A DNA stretch of 53,078 bases, taken from Candidatus Hydrogenedentota bacterium (lineage in GTDB: Bacteria; Hydrogenedentota; Hydrogenedentia; Hydrogenedentales; JAEUWI01). The notes beneath the pieces were generated by a model, which was not told where the DNA came from, made no database searches, and saw nothing but the letters and a program-made list of their open reading frames with translations. Both the position numbers and the translations under genes were made by a program. Shown one piece after another: positions 29,780 to 40,191 of the stretch (position 1 is its first letter; each line of letters begins with the position of its first letter). The stretch covers positions 1 to 53,078 of the forward strand of contig JAXMOL010000052.1 in the NCBI GenBank assembly GCA_034669905.1. The letters run 5' to 3'.

Positions 29780-30760
29780 TCAGGAGGCTTGAAGGGGCAG
29801 GCCGGGATTGGGGGTGGTGCCGAAGTCGCCGATGAGCCCATGCTCAAAACGGCTGTGCCCGGCGGCCGCGATCATGGCGCCATTGTCGATGCAATACTTG
29901 AAGGGCGGGAGGAAAACTTCCACGTCCAGCTCCGTGGTGGTGCGATCCCGCAGGAGCTGATTCGCGGCTACCCCACCTGCAATGACCAACTGGGTGGCAC
30001 CGGTCTGCTGGATGGCCTGCTTGATCTTAATGAGGAGAATGTCGATGGCCGCGGCCTGAAAGCTGGCCGCCACATCTTCCACCTTGGCTTCGCCCTCTTG
30101 CATGGCATAGAGCACGGCGGTCTTGAGCCCACTGTAGCTGAACTCCAGGTTGCCCTTCTGGCGCATGGCCCGGGGAAAGTCGAAGGCCGTGGGGTTGCCT
30201 GTGGCGGACGCTTTCTGGATGCTGGGGCCACCGGGATAGGGCAGGTCGAGAAGGCGGGCCACTTTGTCAAAAGATTCGCCCACCGCATCATCCCGGGTCG
30301 TTCCGAGGATCTCATAGTGGTGGGGGGCATGGCACTGGATAATCTGGGTATGGCCGCCACTGACCACCAACGAAAGGAAGGGGAACTCCGGGGCCTTTTC
30401 GCCGAGGAAGGCCGAGAAGAGGTGGCCTTCAATGTGGTGCACGGGTACGAAGGGAAGTTTCCAGCTATAGGCCAGTGCCTTGGCAAAACTGAGGCCTACC
30501 ATGAGGGAGCCCATCAGGCCGGGGCCCTGGGTGGCTGCGATGGCGTCGATGGGTTCGTCGATGGAATCCAATACCTGGGCCACCAATTGGGAAATGATCT
30601 TGGTGTGTTGGCGGGATGCGATTTCCGGCACGACGCCACCAAAGACCTTGTGGACATCAATCTGAGAAGCGAGCTCATTGGCCAACACTTCCCGTCCGTT
30701 TTTTACCACCGCGATGCCGGTTTCGTCACACGAGGATTCGATGCCTAGGATCACGCTCAT
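29780..30760 (-). CDS. tsaD: tRNA N6-adenosine threonylcarbamoyltransferase
   Basis: ILGIESSCDET, GGVVPEIASRQH, HHIEGH, VSGGHT, DNGAMIA. Confidence 0.97.
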   Translation of the reverse strand: MSVILGIESSCDETGIAVVKNGREVLANELASQIDVHKVFGGVVPEIASRQHTKIISQLVAQVLDSIDEPIDAIAATQGPGLMGSLMVGLSFAKALAYSWKLPFVPVHHIEGHLFSAFLGEKAPEFPFLSLVVSGGHTQIIQCHAPHHYEILGTTRDDAVGESFDKVARLLDLPYPGGPSIQKASATGNPTAFDFPRAMRQKGNLEFSYSGLKTAVLYAMQEGEAKVEDVAASFQAAAIDILLIKIKQAIQQTGATQLVIAGGVAANQLLRDRTTTELDVEVFLPPFKYCIDNGAMIAAAGHSRFEHGLIGDFGTTPNPGLPLQAS

Positions 30761-32493
30761 TCTACCAACTCCGAGGCATGCACCAGGGTGATGCCCTTTT
30801 CCGCGAGACGCGGTATTTCAGCGGCCAGGACCTTGGCCGTATTGGGTTTCTGGAAGTGACCGATACCGATGGCACGGCCATTCTTCAGGGTCTTTTCCAC
30901 CAACTCTTCAAATTGCACCCGGATGCTTGCTTCATCGGACTCGTTGTCCAGGAACACGTCCCGCCGTGCCGAAGGTATGCCGGCCTTCCGGGCGGTTTGA
31001 TAGGCCTTGGACGTGCTAATGGTGTAGCTGTCAATGAAGAAGAGGCCCCGCTCCTTCAGTACGTCTATGACGAAGCCCATTTTCTTGGCGTTGGAGGTAA
31101 ACTTTGAACCCGTGTGATTATTCAATCCCACCACCGCCGGATATTGATCCAGTGCGTTGTTGGTCAGTTTCATGATTTCTTTCTTCCCCATGGCCGTGAA
31201 AAGCGTGCCCTCCACGGCTTCTTCCGAGCCGCTGTCCGTTTCCATGGGCATGTGCAGCATGATCTCAAAACCCCGCCTGGATCCTTCCTCCGCCGTATAG
31301 GCCCCGTGGGTGGTGTTGGGCAGGATGGCCAGCGTGAGCCGGGTATCGAGCGCGAGGTATCGGTCGGAGTCCGCCCGGTTGTTTCCGCCGTCGTCAATAA
31401 TGATAGCCATCCGCTTGGGAGTATCGTCCGCATTGCGCGCCGTGGGGGGCGTAACCATCGGCGTCTCTACCGGCGTCTCTACCATGGGGGGCGTCGCCTC
31501 TTCAGGGACTTCCTCCGTCGCGGGCGTATCGGCTTCCGGTTCCAGGGGCGTTGTTTCGACCAGGGGGGGGCGCACCGGTGCTTCCAGCGGCTCTTCCATG
31601 GGTTCGCTACCCAGGATGCCGCCGCTGAGCACCGTGTCCAGGTCGATGGGAGCGGGGCGGGGTTCGGGCGTGCCGGGATGCACGGTACAATGGACGCCGA
31701 CACAGGGCCGAATACCGAGTGAGAGCTGAAGATCCACATCGCCGAAGAGATCGGGTCCTGTTTCGACCCGCGCATCGGGCAGGTTGATCTGCGCTTCTAT
31801 TAATTCCTTGAGGGCGCCTACGGACATGCCCGGGGGCAGGGAAACCGCAAAGGTTGTGTAGTTCCATTGGGAGTTCAGGTCTTCTCGCGCGACGACGTCG
31901 CCCTGCCGGAACGTGCTATCCGGGACCTGTTGCTCCAGGACGTTGGTGAAAATATGGGCCAGTTGATCACTCTTGCTGCGCAAATCACTGCGATACGCCG
32001 ATTGGGCTTGCTCGGCGTGGCGCACGAGCGACATCTCGATAAACTGGTAATTCCCCAGGTAAAAGGCGAGCTTCTCCACATCGGGCGCATCCGGGTCGCG
32101 TTCGGCATGCATGACCCGCACCGTGTAGGTGCTCATGTCCGAGGTCATGAAATCCCGCAAGGTGGCATTGTCGAGTCGCGGCGGTACCGTCACCTGAAAG
32201 GCATGCAATGTCCAGCTGGCAGGCGGTTTACTTTGCTCATCCCGCTGCACGACGGGTTCGCTCCGCAGGATATTCTCCTGTGGGATATGGTGTGTAATGA
32301 GCGATTCTTCGACAATGTCCGCCAAATCCTGTGTTCGGAATTCCAGGTTGACGGGGCGGCCCAACCAGAAGGTGGCAATGAGAACGCCCCCCAGGGCGAG
32401 CGAGGTGGTCAGTCCCAGCAGGGGTAGCACAACGCGGGCCATAGACGGTGCCGGGCCCAGGGGAGTTGCTTGCTCGTTTTCATTTTCTGCCAT
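30757..32493 (-). CDS. Divergent polysaccharide deacetylase family protein (YibQ-like) with long N-terminal periplasmic region
   Basis: N-terminal TM helix; AIIIDDGG, MLHMPME, GLNNHTGSKFT, RDVFLDN, IGIGH; TAATG overlap with murI. Confidence 0.88.
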   Translation of the reverse strand: MAENENEQATPLGPAPSMARVVLPLLGLTTSLALGGVLIATFWLGRPVNLEFRTQDLADIVEESLITHHIPQENILRSEPVVQRDEQSKPPASWTLHAFQVTVPPRLDNATLRDFMTSDMSTYTVRVMHAERDPDAPDVEKLAFYLGNYQFIEMSLVRHAEQAQSAYRSDLRSKSDQLAHIFTNVLEQQVPDSTFRQGDVVAREDLNSQWNYTTFAVSLPPGMSVGALKELIEAQINLPDARVETGPDLFGDVDLQLSLGIRPCVGVHCTVHPGTPEPRPAPIDLDTVLSGGILGSEPMEEPLEAPVRPPLVETTPLEPEADTPATEEVPEEATPPMVETPVETPMVTPPTARNADDTPKRMAIIIDDGGNNRADSDRYLALDTRLTLAILPNTTHGAYTAEEGSRRGFEIMLHMPMETDSGSEEAVEGTLFTAMGKKEIMKLTNNALDQYPAVVGLNNHTGSKFTSNAKKMGFVIDVLKERGLFFIDSYTISTSKAYQTARKAGIPSARRDVFLDNESDEASIRVQFEELVEKTLKNGRAIGIGHFQKPNTAKVLAAEIPRLAEKGITLVHASELVE

Positions 32494-33296
32494 TAGACAT
32501 CTACCCATTCGGCCTCGGTCATGACATGACCCAGAAAATGCTGTCCGACTTTCTCAAAGTTCGCTGGCGCGTCACTCACCAGAAAGCGGAACTGTGGAAT
32601 CAGGGGATGATCGCATCGCAGGTCCATGGCATCGAGGCTGTGTGCCACGACCAGCGCCGTTTCTTCTGCGCTGTCCACCAGTGTAACAGCGTCGCCCGCG
32701 ACCTTTGCAATCGTTTGTTTCAAGAGCGGGTAATGGGTGCAGCCCAAGACCAGGGTGTCAATATCTTCTGCCAGCAATGGGGCCAGATAAGCGGAAGCCA
32801 CCGACTCGGGTACTTCCCCCGTAAGCCATCCTTCTTCGGCCAACGGAACAAATAAGGGGCACGCCTGGCTGAAGACCACGATATCGGGATTTTGACTGTG
32901 TATGGCATCGCGATAGCGCTCGCTCTGAATGGTGCCAGCCGTCCCGATGACCCCGATGCGTCCCCGCCGGGTGGCACGCACCGCCGCCTGGGCACCCGGA
33001 TCAATCACGCCCAGAACCGGTACGTCGAGCCGTTCACGCAAGGCGTCGATAGCAAAGGCCGACGCGGTATTGCAGGCCACGACGAGTAACTTGATGTCGC
33101 GCTCCAGGAGGAGGCGGGCGCAGGACTCGGCATAGCGCACAACCGTTTCGGGGGACTTGGTGCCATAGGGCACCCGGGCGGTATCGCCGAGGTAGATGAC
33201 GGATTCGGTGGGCAGGCGGGCTTCTAATTGGCGAACAACCGTGAGGCCACCCACACCGGAGTCAAAAACGCCGATGGCGCCGTGTCGATCATGCAT
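32493..33296 (-). CDS. murI: Glutamate racemase
   Basis: IGVFDSGVGGLTV, VACNTAS, LGCTHYP. Confidence 0.97.
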   Translation of the reverse strand: MHDRHGAIGVFDSGVGGLTVVRQLEARLPTESVIYLGDTARVPYGTKSPETVVRYAESCARLLLERDIKLLVVACNTASAFAIDALRERLDVPVLGVIDPGAQAAVRATRRGRIGVIGTAGTIQSERYRDAIHSQNPDIVVFSQACPLFVPLAEEGWLTGEVPESVASAYLAPLLAEDIDTLVLGCTHYPLLKQTIAKVAGDAVTLVDSAEETALVVAHSLDAMDLRCDHPLIPQFRFLVSDAPANFEKVGQHFLGHVMTEAEWVDV

Positions 33297-33305
33297 GGGA
33301 AGGAC

Positions 33306-33968
33306 CTATCCGCGTGCCGGGAGCCATTGCACATCGGGTGCGACGGGCTCGCTCAGGTCGATATGGGCGGGGAAGGCTTCGGTGGGTGGAGCGTCTTCCA
33401 CCAGGATGCGCACCTTGCGAACGTTGGGGTCCAGGTTGTTTTGCAATGAAGACTGGATCACGGTGTGGACAACGCCCTGCACGAAGAGGGCCTCTGCCGC
33501 GGCGCTGTCCGAGCGCGTGTATTCTGCCTGAAGTTCCCGGGAAAAATTGATGACCAACTCGCCGTGGGGCAACAGGTAGAGTGCCTTGACGTTGACGGTG
33601 GGGGGCAATATGGCCGTGCCGTCGGTCAGGGGGCCTTTGATCAGGGCCTCCAGGGCCGTACGACAGTTTTCCACGGTCGAGTCGCCGGTGGGTAGTTGTC
33701 GGCTCTCCGCCAGGAGGTGGCGGCCGTCATTAGCGCCAAAAAAGAGCTGCACTTCCCGCTCGCCGGTCAGGGTGTTTCGGCTGGGTGCCGTCCGCTGAGG
33801 TTGGGGCTGTTCTTCTTCGGCAATGGAAAAAGCGCCCAGGGGATCACGACCGTTGCTGGCAATATCGCGTATCAGCAGAATGACGACGAAGACCAGGATG
33901 AGCGTGGCCATAGCCCAAAATGACAAAAAGAGGCTGCGCAAAACGTTCTTACGGAAGGTATAGCTCAT
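33306..33968 (-). CDS. GerMN domain protein
   Basis: N-terminal TM helix, ALEALIKGP, INFS, VRILVE; typical amidase-GerMN-murI order. Confidence 0.8.
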   Translation of the reverse strand: MSYTFRKNVLRSLFLSFWAMATLILVFVVILLIRDIASNGRDPLGAFSIAEEEQPQPQRTAPSRNTLTGEREVQLFFGANDGRHLLAESRQLPTGDSTVENCRTALEALIKGPLTDGTAILPPTVNVKALYLLPHGELVINFSRELQAEYTRSDSAAAEALFVQGVVHTVIQSSLQNNLDPNVRKVRILVEDAPPTEAFPAHIDLSEPVAPDVQWLPARG

Positions 33969-35167
33969 GAGGCGTTCCTGGTGGTCGCTTGCCTGCCAGT
34001 CGCTGTGGCAATGCCCTGGGCCAGGGCTGCTGCGAGTTGCTGCTGGTATCCCGGCGTGCTGAGTTGGGCTTCGTCATCGGGATGTGTCAGGATGCCAAGT
34101 TCAACGAGGATACAGGGCAGGTTGCCATCCCGCATGATGAGCAGGGGAAATTCACGAACGGGACCGGGTGACTGTTGTGTCGCACTATCGAGGGCGGCTG
34201 CCAGTTGTTTGGCCGTATCCAATGCCGGTTTGGGATCCATGCTCAGGCTCTGCTTGGGGTGGTGTGCAAATAGCTGATAGCCCCGCGCGGCCGGAGCCGT
34301 ACTGGCACCCCCGTGGATGCTGAGGAGCAGGGTGGCGCCTCCTTTGGTGGCCCGCTTTTGTCGCACCGCTGCCGATAGGGTCTCATCTTCTTCCCGCGTC
34401 AGGAGCGAGCGGATTCCATACTCTTCCTTCAGAATTCGACTGAGGTGACCGGCGACTTCGAGGCACAGCGCCTTTTCCTGCAGGCCATTGGGGCCCTGCA
34501 CGCCACTGTCTTCCCCACCGTGGCCCGGATCGATGGCAAGCAGGAAATCGTCGCCTGAACCCAGAGAGGTAGGGGCTGGCGTAGGGGGCGTGTCTTCCGC
34601 TTCCTCACGGGGGCGGATCTCGATTGATTCCAGCTCGGAAAGTTCGGCCTCCATTTCAAGCAGGGGCTCCGTATCAATCGATTCGACCGAGGCCGACTCC
34701 AGCTCATCTTCCATGGACGCGTCATCGGGCAGGCTCAGTGCAGAGCGTTCCGGCGGCGCATCGGGGGTTCCAAAGGAAAAGGTCTTTCGGAGAAAGGGCA
34801 CCACGTCTTCCATGGCGATAAGGGCGTCACTCTCGTAGGCCAGGACAGGTTTTCCCAACTGGAACGACGCCGTGCCATCATCCACGCCGGTGTCATTCAG
34901 TCCCAATGCGACCTGTTTTCCGTCCAATTGAAAGAAGGCCTGTGCGCCCTCCACACGTAACGACGCGCCCAATTGCCGGGCCAAATCCTTCATGGAGGCG
35001 TAGGGGGTGCCTTGGCTCGTATATTCCGGAAGGGTCAGCGGTGTGGTAACGCCATGGCGTAAAACGGCGATAGACTGCTCCTGGGCAACGGCCAGGTGGC
35101 CGCAGGACAAGCATGCCACCGCGAGTACGATAGGGAGCGCGATTCGTTGGGAGATGATAGGGGTCAC
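33965..35167 (-). CDS. N-acetylmuramoyl-L-alanine amidase (Amidase_3)
   Basis: IDPGHGGED, EK, LSIH, ILVELG; signal peptide. Confidence 0.9.
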   Translation of the reverse strand: MTPIISQRIALPIVLAVACLSCGHLAVAQEQSIAVLRHGVTTPLTLPEYTSQGTPYASMKDLARQLGASLRVEGAQAFFQLDGKQVALGLNDTGVDDGTASFQLGKPVLAYESDALIAMEDVVPFLRKTFSFGTPDAPPERSALSLPDDASMEDELESASVESIDTEPLLEMEAELSELESIEIRPREEAEDTPPTPAPTSLGSGDDFLLAIDPGHGGEDSGVQGPNGLQEKALCLEVAGHLSRILKEEYGIRSLLTREEDETLSAAVRQKRATKGGATLLLSIHGGASTAPAARGYQLFAHHPKQSLSMDPKPALDTAKQLAAALDSATQQSPGPVREFPLLIMRDGNLPCILVELGILTHPDDEAQLSTPGYQQQLAAALAQGIATATGRQATTRNAS

Positions 35168-35174
35168 GGAACGA

Positions 35175-35339
35175 TTACTGGCCCTTGTTCAGATTGCGGA
35201 CACGCTGGTCAATGATGACGTTATTCTCGAAGCTTCCCGAACTGTTGGTGGGGCGCTTCACCGATAGGTACAAAGCCAGACCCAACACGACAAAAAGGCC
35301 GATCAGGATGCCGAGCCCCGTTTTTTCTTTTTGTGTCAT
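35175..35339 (-). CDS. Small single-TM protein (54 aa)
   Basis: GAGGTG RBS, hydrophobic helix, fills the gap upstream of the amidase. Confidence 0.6.
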   Translation of the reverse strand: MTQKEKTGLGILIGLFVVLGLALYLSVKRPTNSSGSFENNVIIDQRVRNLNKGQ

Positions 35340-35414
35340 GTTACACCTCACTCGTTGGGTTCGACCGCAGTCGCGCACTCCCGATAATGCCAGAAGCCTG
35401 CGTTACGATCAGGG

Positions 35415-35840
35415 CTACTTCCGCTTGCCTTCAAAGGTTCTTCGTGCATTGGCATAGTCACCAATCTCAACCTCACGGCGCTGCCCGAGCTTGATCTGGG
35501 CCTGGGCTTTGGTCATCTGTGTATTCAGTTTATCCAAACAGACCTGACAAAGTTTCTTACTCGTGCTGATGGCCGGTGCGCCGCACTGACCGCAGCGGGT
35601 GACTTCACCATCCATGGCGGCAACCTGCTTGACCAATCCCCCCTCCACCATACGCCGAACGACCGGAATATCCACTTCCGCGGCTTCCGCCACCTCTTCC
35701 ACATTCAGGTTCTCGTTCTTCTCAATCACCTGGCGAATTTTTTCAAATTCCGCGTCTTCCGCATCCTGACAGGCCGTGCAAACGGCAGATTGCACCTTGT
35801 TAAACATCTGTTTGCACCGTAAACAAGTTGCTAAAGGCAT
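35415..35840 (-). CDS. Zn-finger/HTH protein, YvyF-like (flagellar operon protein TIGR03826-like)
   Basis: CLRC..F, CTAC, EFEKIR, EVAEAAEV, CGQC, CQVC; AGGAG RBS. Confidence 0.75.
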   Translation of the reverse strand: MPLATCLRCKQMFNKVQSAVCTACQDAEDAEFEKIRQVIEKNENLNVEEVAEAAEVDIPVVRRMVEGGLVKQVAAMDGEVTRCGQCGAPAISTSKKLCQVCLDKLNTQMTKAQAQIKLGQRREVEIGDYANARRTFEGKRK

Positions 35841-35851
35841 GACCGCTCTCC

Positions 35852-36556
35852 TTACCTGGAAGGCCAATCGTAGGTGATTGAATCCCAGTCGATGTCCAGA
35901 TTACCAACCACTTCCGCTTTTAAGACACGTCCCTCTATCGAAACATTCACCCCTACGAGTATGGAGCGAATCGGAAGACCATCTTTGTCCAGTAGCGCCT
36001 TTTCACGGGCAGGGTATGTAACCCGGAACCATGTCCGGCGCGCGACTTCCGCAGCCAGGTCGTCATGGCCCGCATCATCCCGCACGTATTCAATGCGGGC
36101 GCCCGGCACGAATATATACTGATCATCCACACCTACATCACGGAGGTGATTGTCCGCAATGCGTCGCTCACTCACTTGCGCCTCGAGCTGTGCCCGCTCT
36201 GTCGCCACCGCTTCGGTGCCTTCCGAGGCGGCCACAAAGGCCAGTCGTTCTTCCATCCAGAGGGTCAGCTCAACTACCCGGGGCCAGTTTCCGCCTTGGT
36301 AGGCCTCGACATATTGCCAGGCCACACCGTCGCGCACCACCTCCGGAATTACCGATTCCTCGGGGCTGTCTTCCGCCCAGTCTGGGGGAGATGGGCCATC
36401 GAATGACCCGCCGTCCGACAACGCACGTTTGATTGCGACGCCGACGATAAGTCCGAAAAACGCCCCCACCAGCAGGGCCAGGAGGAAGCGTTGTTGGCGA
36501 TTTTTACGGAGTTCAGCCACGATCTCATGGTAGCAAACCGGGGTGCTATCCGTCAA
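35852..36556 (-). CDS. Hypothetical membrane-anchored protein (start may be the GTG at 36520)
   Basis: N-terminal TM helix followed by a soluble domain. Confidence 0.65.
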   Translation of the reverse strand: MTDSTPVCYHEIVAELRKNRQQRFLLALLVGAFFGLIVGVAIKRALSDGGSFDGPSPPDWAEDSPEESVIPEVVRDGVAWQYVEAYQGGNWPRVVELTLWMEERLAFVAASEGTEAVATERAQLEAQVSERRIADNHLRDVGVDDQYIFVPGARIEYVRDDAGHDDLAAEVARRTWFRVTYPAREKALLDKDGLPIRSILVGVNVSIEGRVLKAEVVGNLDIDWDSITYDWPSR

Positions 36557-36611
36557 TCAAGTGCGATTAAAACGAAATTTAGGAAGGCCCATTCGGGGTA
36601 TTTGGCCCTGG

Positions 36612-37337
36612 CTAGCGGCGATGGGTCCATTCGCGGCGGTCATACTTGCTTGTGGCGAGGGCGGTCGCCGCCGCCAGCTCTTCGGGCGTCGGCTCGGAGC
36701 GGGGGCTGTCGGGGGCGAATTGGTGCACCAAAGCTTCGCGTAGCGCGGCTGCCGAGGTGTCCAGCACCGTTAAAAAATCGGCGTGACTGCGCGTCGCCCG
36801 ATAGTCTGGTCGGTCCTCGGGTTCCTGAAGGTAGCGGGTCATGGTGCGGACATCAGCCCGATACAGGAGCGTACCATGATGGAGCAGGGCCCGGCGGCGG
36901 CGCCGTTGGGCGTTGCCCGAGACCTTGCGCCCATTCAGGGCGATGTCCGAGATGCCTTCATGGGTTGCCTGGATGCCCAAACCGGCGAGGGCCTCGCAAA
37001 CGCGCCCGATAAGATGGCGATAGGAGCCGTGAAGGGTGGCGACCTCCGGGTGACGTTCATAGGATAGAAACAGGGCGTAATTCAGGGAGCCCGGGCCCTG
37101 GAGGACACAGCCGCCAGCGGTGCAGCGGCGCATAATGGGCACGCCATCGGCCACGCAATGGCTTTCATAGACCTCTTGGGCGAGGCGCTGCCCCGTGCCC
37201 AGTACCACAAAGGGGGACGGACTTTCCCAAAGGCGCAAGGTGTCGGGTTGCCGTCCCTGCTCCACTTCCTCCAGGAGCACTTCTTCCAGCGCCAGGTTTT
37301 CGGCCGGGCGCTGGAAGCTGAAACCTATCAGGCGCAT
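36612..37337 (-). CDS. Lipoate-protein ligase A family protein
   Basis: NLALEE, RRCTAGGCV, KVSGNAQ, HHGTLL; TGATG coupling to gcvPB. Confidence 0.9.
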   Translation of the reverse strand: MRLIGFSFQRPAENLALEEVLLEEVEQGRQPDTLRLWESPSPFVVLGTGQRLAQEVYESHCVADGVPIMRRCTAGGCVLQGPGSLNYALFLSYERHPEVATLHGSYRHLIGRVCEALAGLGIQATHEGISDIALNGRKVSGNAQRRRRRALLHHGTLLYRADVRTMTRYLQEPEDRPDYRATRSHADFLTVLDTSAAALREALVHQFAPDSPRSEPTPEELAAATALATSKYDRREWTHRR

Positions 37338-38776
37338 CAGAGGCAGGCGCAATTCAGATCGCGGGCCGCCTTTACTTCGTCAAGCCGTCCTACGGGGGTG
37401 GATACGGGTGCGGCATGCAGGCTGTCCGGTGCGGCATCGACCGCTTCGGCGATGGCCAGCATGGCGTCGCAGAAGGCATCGAGGGTTTCCTTGGATTCCG
37501 TCTCCGTCGGCTCGATCATGAGGCACTCTTTGACGGTCAGCGGGAAATAAATGGTCGGTGCGTGGAAGCCCCGATCAAGAAGCGACTTGGCGATGTCGGT
37601 GGCGTGAATGCCCTTTTGTGCCTGCGGAGAGGCCGTAAAGATGCACTCATGCATGAAGTTGCCGGGGAAGGCGGCCTTGTAGGTGCCTTTGAGCCGGGCA
37701 AAGATATAGTTGGCGTTGAGCACGGCGTTGCGGCTCACTTCCTTGAGGCCCGCGTCGCCGTAGTGGCGGAGGTAGGCGTAAGCCCGAACGGCAATCAGAT
37801 AATTGCCGAAAAAGGCCGCGATACGTCCAATGCTCTTTTCCGGGGTGGCAAGGGTGAATCCGTCACCGTCCGGTACCACCCGTGGCCCGGGGAGGTAGGG
37901 CAGGAGGCGTTCGGAAACACCTACCGGGCCGCAGCCAGGTCCCCCCATGCCGTGGGGCGTGGCGAAGGTCTTGTGCAGGTTGTAGTGCATGACGTCAAAG
38001 CCCAAATCACCGGGACGACATTGGCCCACGATGGCGTTCAGGTTGGCGCCGTCGTAATAGAGCAGGGCATCTTTGGAGTGGGCGAGTTTCGCGATCTTGG
38101 CCACGTCTTTTTCGAAGAGCCCGTGGGTGTTTGGACAGGTCAACATGATGCCCGCCACGTTGTCGGTCAGCATGGCTTCAAAGGCGTCCAGGTGAATCGT
38201 GCCGTCGGCGTCCGACGGAATCTCGACCACCTTAAAGCCTGCCATCACGGCGCTGGCCGGGTTGGTGCCGTGGGCACTGTCGGGAATGATGATGGTGTCT
38301 TTGTGGGTGTTGCCCTTGTCTTTGTGGTACGCCGCCATGAGGAGCGTGCCGGTCAGCTCGCCGTGGGCCCCCGCGATGGGCTGGAGGCTGGCAGCTTTCA
38401 TACCGGCCACTTCCGCGAGCTGTCGCTCCAACTCGTGGATGAGGGCATAGGCGCCCTGGCACTCCGATTCATAGGTCGGGCTGCTGGAAAAGTGGGGGTG
38501 AAGCTGGGACATGCCCGGCTCGGCGGCCGCCACTTCGGCAATTTTCGGATTGTACTTCATCGTGCACGAGCCGAGGGGATAGAAGGTGTCGTCGATGCCC
38601 ACGTTGCGTTGGGAGAGGTGGGTGAAGTGGCGCACCACATCAATTTCGGCCATCTCCGGCAGGGTGGCCGCTTCGGCGCGGCAGAGCTCGGCCGGAAGCG
38701 CGCAGGCCGGTACATCCAGGGCGTCGAGGCGTAGGGCGCGCCGTCCAGGCTGAGATTTTTCATAGATTAATTGCAT
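37337..38776 (-). CDS. gcvPB: Glycine dehydrogenase subunit 2
   Basis: YPLGSCTMKYNP, AHGTNPASA, NLHKTFATPHG.GGPG. Confidence 0.96.
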   Translation of the reverse strand: MQLIYEKSQPGRRALRLDALDVPACALPAELCRAEAATLPEMAEIDVVRHFTHLSQRNVGIDDTFYPLGSCTMKYNPKIAEVAAAEPGMSQLHPHFSSSPTYESECQGAYALIHELERQLAEVAGMKAASLQPIAGAHGELTGTLLMAAYHKDKGNTHKDTIIIPDSAHGTNPASAVMAGFKVVEIPSDADGTIHLDAFEAMLTDNVAGIMLTCPNTHGLFEKDVAKIAKLAHSKDALLYYDGANLNAIVGQCRPGDLGFDVMHYNLHKTFATPHGMGGPGCGPVGVSERLLPYLPGPRVVPDGDGFTLATPEKSIGRIAAFFGNYLIAVRAYAYLRHYGDAGLKEVSRNAVLNANYIFARLKGTYKAAFPGNFMHECIFTASPQAQKGIHATDIAKSLLDRGFHAPTIYFPLTVKECLMIEPTETESKETLDAFCDAMLAIAEAVDAAPDSLHAAPVSTPVGRLDEVKAARDLNCACL

Positions 38777-40053
38777 GCGACTCTCTCCAGCGCCGTTGCG
38801 AAGGCGTCGAGCGCCTCCCGGCTGTGTTTTTCGGTCACGGCGATGAGTAGATCATTGGCTTCGCCGGCGCCCACATCGGCCAGGGGCAATCCGGCCACGA
38901 AGCCTTCCTGCAACAGTTCGGCAGCTGCCTCGGCGGCCGGGATGGGCAGGCGTACGGCAAACTCGTTGAAGGTGGGGCCGTCATTGAGGATTTCTGCGAA
39001 GCCCAGTCTGCTCTTCAGATACTCGGCTTTGGAGTGACAGGCGATGGCGACTTCCTTGAAGCCTTCCTTGCCCCAGAGCGAGAGGTGGATCAGGGCGCGC
39101 AGGGCGCAAAGGGCCTGATTGGAGCAGATGTTGGACATGGCCTTGGTGCGGCGAATGTGTTGCTCGCGGGCCTGGAGGGTCAATACAAAGCCCCGCCGTC
39201 CTTCCTGGTCTTTCGTTTCGCCGGCGATGCGCCCGGGCATCTTGCGCACGTGTTTCTTCAGCGTGGCCATGATGCCGAGGTAGGGGCCGCCGAAGCCGAG
39301 GGGCATGCCGATGGACTGGCCTTCGGCGATGGCAATGTCTGCACCCATCTCGCCCGGCGTCTTCACCATGCCGAGGGATACGGGATAAAAGGAAACGACG
39401 AGGAGCGCTTTCGCTTCGTGGCATCGCTCGCCCAGGGCGGTGAAATCCGCCACCGTACCCTGGAAGCTTGGGTTTTGCACGATGACGCAGGCAGCGCCTT
39501 CGGGGTCGTCGCCCACCACGATTTCCAGGTCCAGGTTGGCCGCGTGGGTTTTCAACATGGCGAGGTAGGTGGGGTTGACCGAAGGGTGGACCACGATACG
39601 ATTGCGGCGTGCAATACGGACCGACATGGTTGCCGCTTCGAAGACCGCGGTGCCGCCGTCATAGAGAGAGGCGTTGGCGAACTCCATATTGGTCAGGCGG
39701 CAGATGGCCGACTGGTATTCGTAAATGCTCTGGAGCGTACCCTGGGAGCTTTCGGGTTGATAGGGCGTGTAGGCCGTATAAAACTCACTGCGGCCCGAGA
39801 GGGCATCCACGGCTGCCGGAATATAATGGTCATAGTAGCCGCCTCCCAGAAAGGAGGTGTGATTCACATTGTTGCGCGAGGCCAATTCGGCGATGTGATT
39901 GCGTACCCCCATTTCTGACATGCCCGCAGGGATATCCCAGGATTGCATGCGCAAGGAAGGAGGGATGCTGGCAAAGAGCGCCTCGACGTCATCGACGCCG
40001 ATGGCGGCCAGCATGGCCTGCTGATCGGTTTCAGTGGTTGGAATCCAACTCAT
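38767..40053 (-). CDS. gcvPA: Glycine dehydrogenase subunit 1
   Basis: EFYTAYTPYQPE.SQGTLQ, LQAREQHIRR.KA.SNICSNQAL. Confidence 0.96.
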   Translation of the reverse strand: MSWIPTTETDQQAMLAAIGVDDVEALFASIPPSLRMQSWDIPAGMSEMGVRNHIAELASRNNVNHTSFLGGGYYDHYIPAAVDALSGRSEFYTAYTPYQPESSQGTLQSIYEYQSAICRLTNMEFANASLYDGGTAVFEAATMSVRIARRNRIVVHPSVNPTYLAMLKTHAANLDLEIVVGDDPEGAACVIVQNPSFQGTVADFTALGERCHEAKALLVVSFYPVSLGMVKTPGEMGADIAIAEGQSIGMPLGFGGPYLGIMATLKKHVRKMPGRIAGETKDQEGRRGFVLTLQAREQHIRRTKAMSNICSNQALCALRALIHLSLWGKEGFKEVAIACHSKAEYLKSRLGFAEILNDGPTFNEFAVRLPIPAAEAAAELLQEGFVAGLPLADVGAGEANDLLIAVTEKHSREALDAFATALERVACN

Positions 40054-40191
40054 GGGGGATACTCCGGGTGACAGTGTCGCGCACAGGTGCGCGCCTTAAA
40101 CAGGGGATGTGCGTGGCAGGCAAGCGGGGTGGGGCCAGCGTGGGTTTAGGGCCCATCGGTGTGCTGGGAATCGCCCGTGCTTGCGGTGGGG

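Noticed and set aside
37415..38734. Long antisense ORFs (also 19216-20532, 25998-27482, 47917-49149, 50577-51884)
   Set aside because: Shadow frames of well-supported genes in GC-rich DNA.
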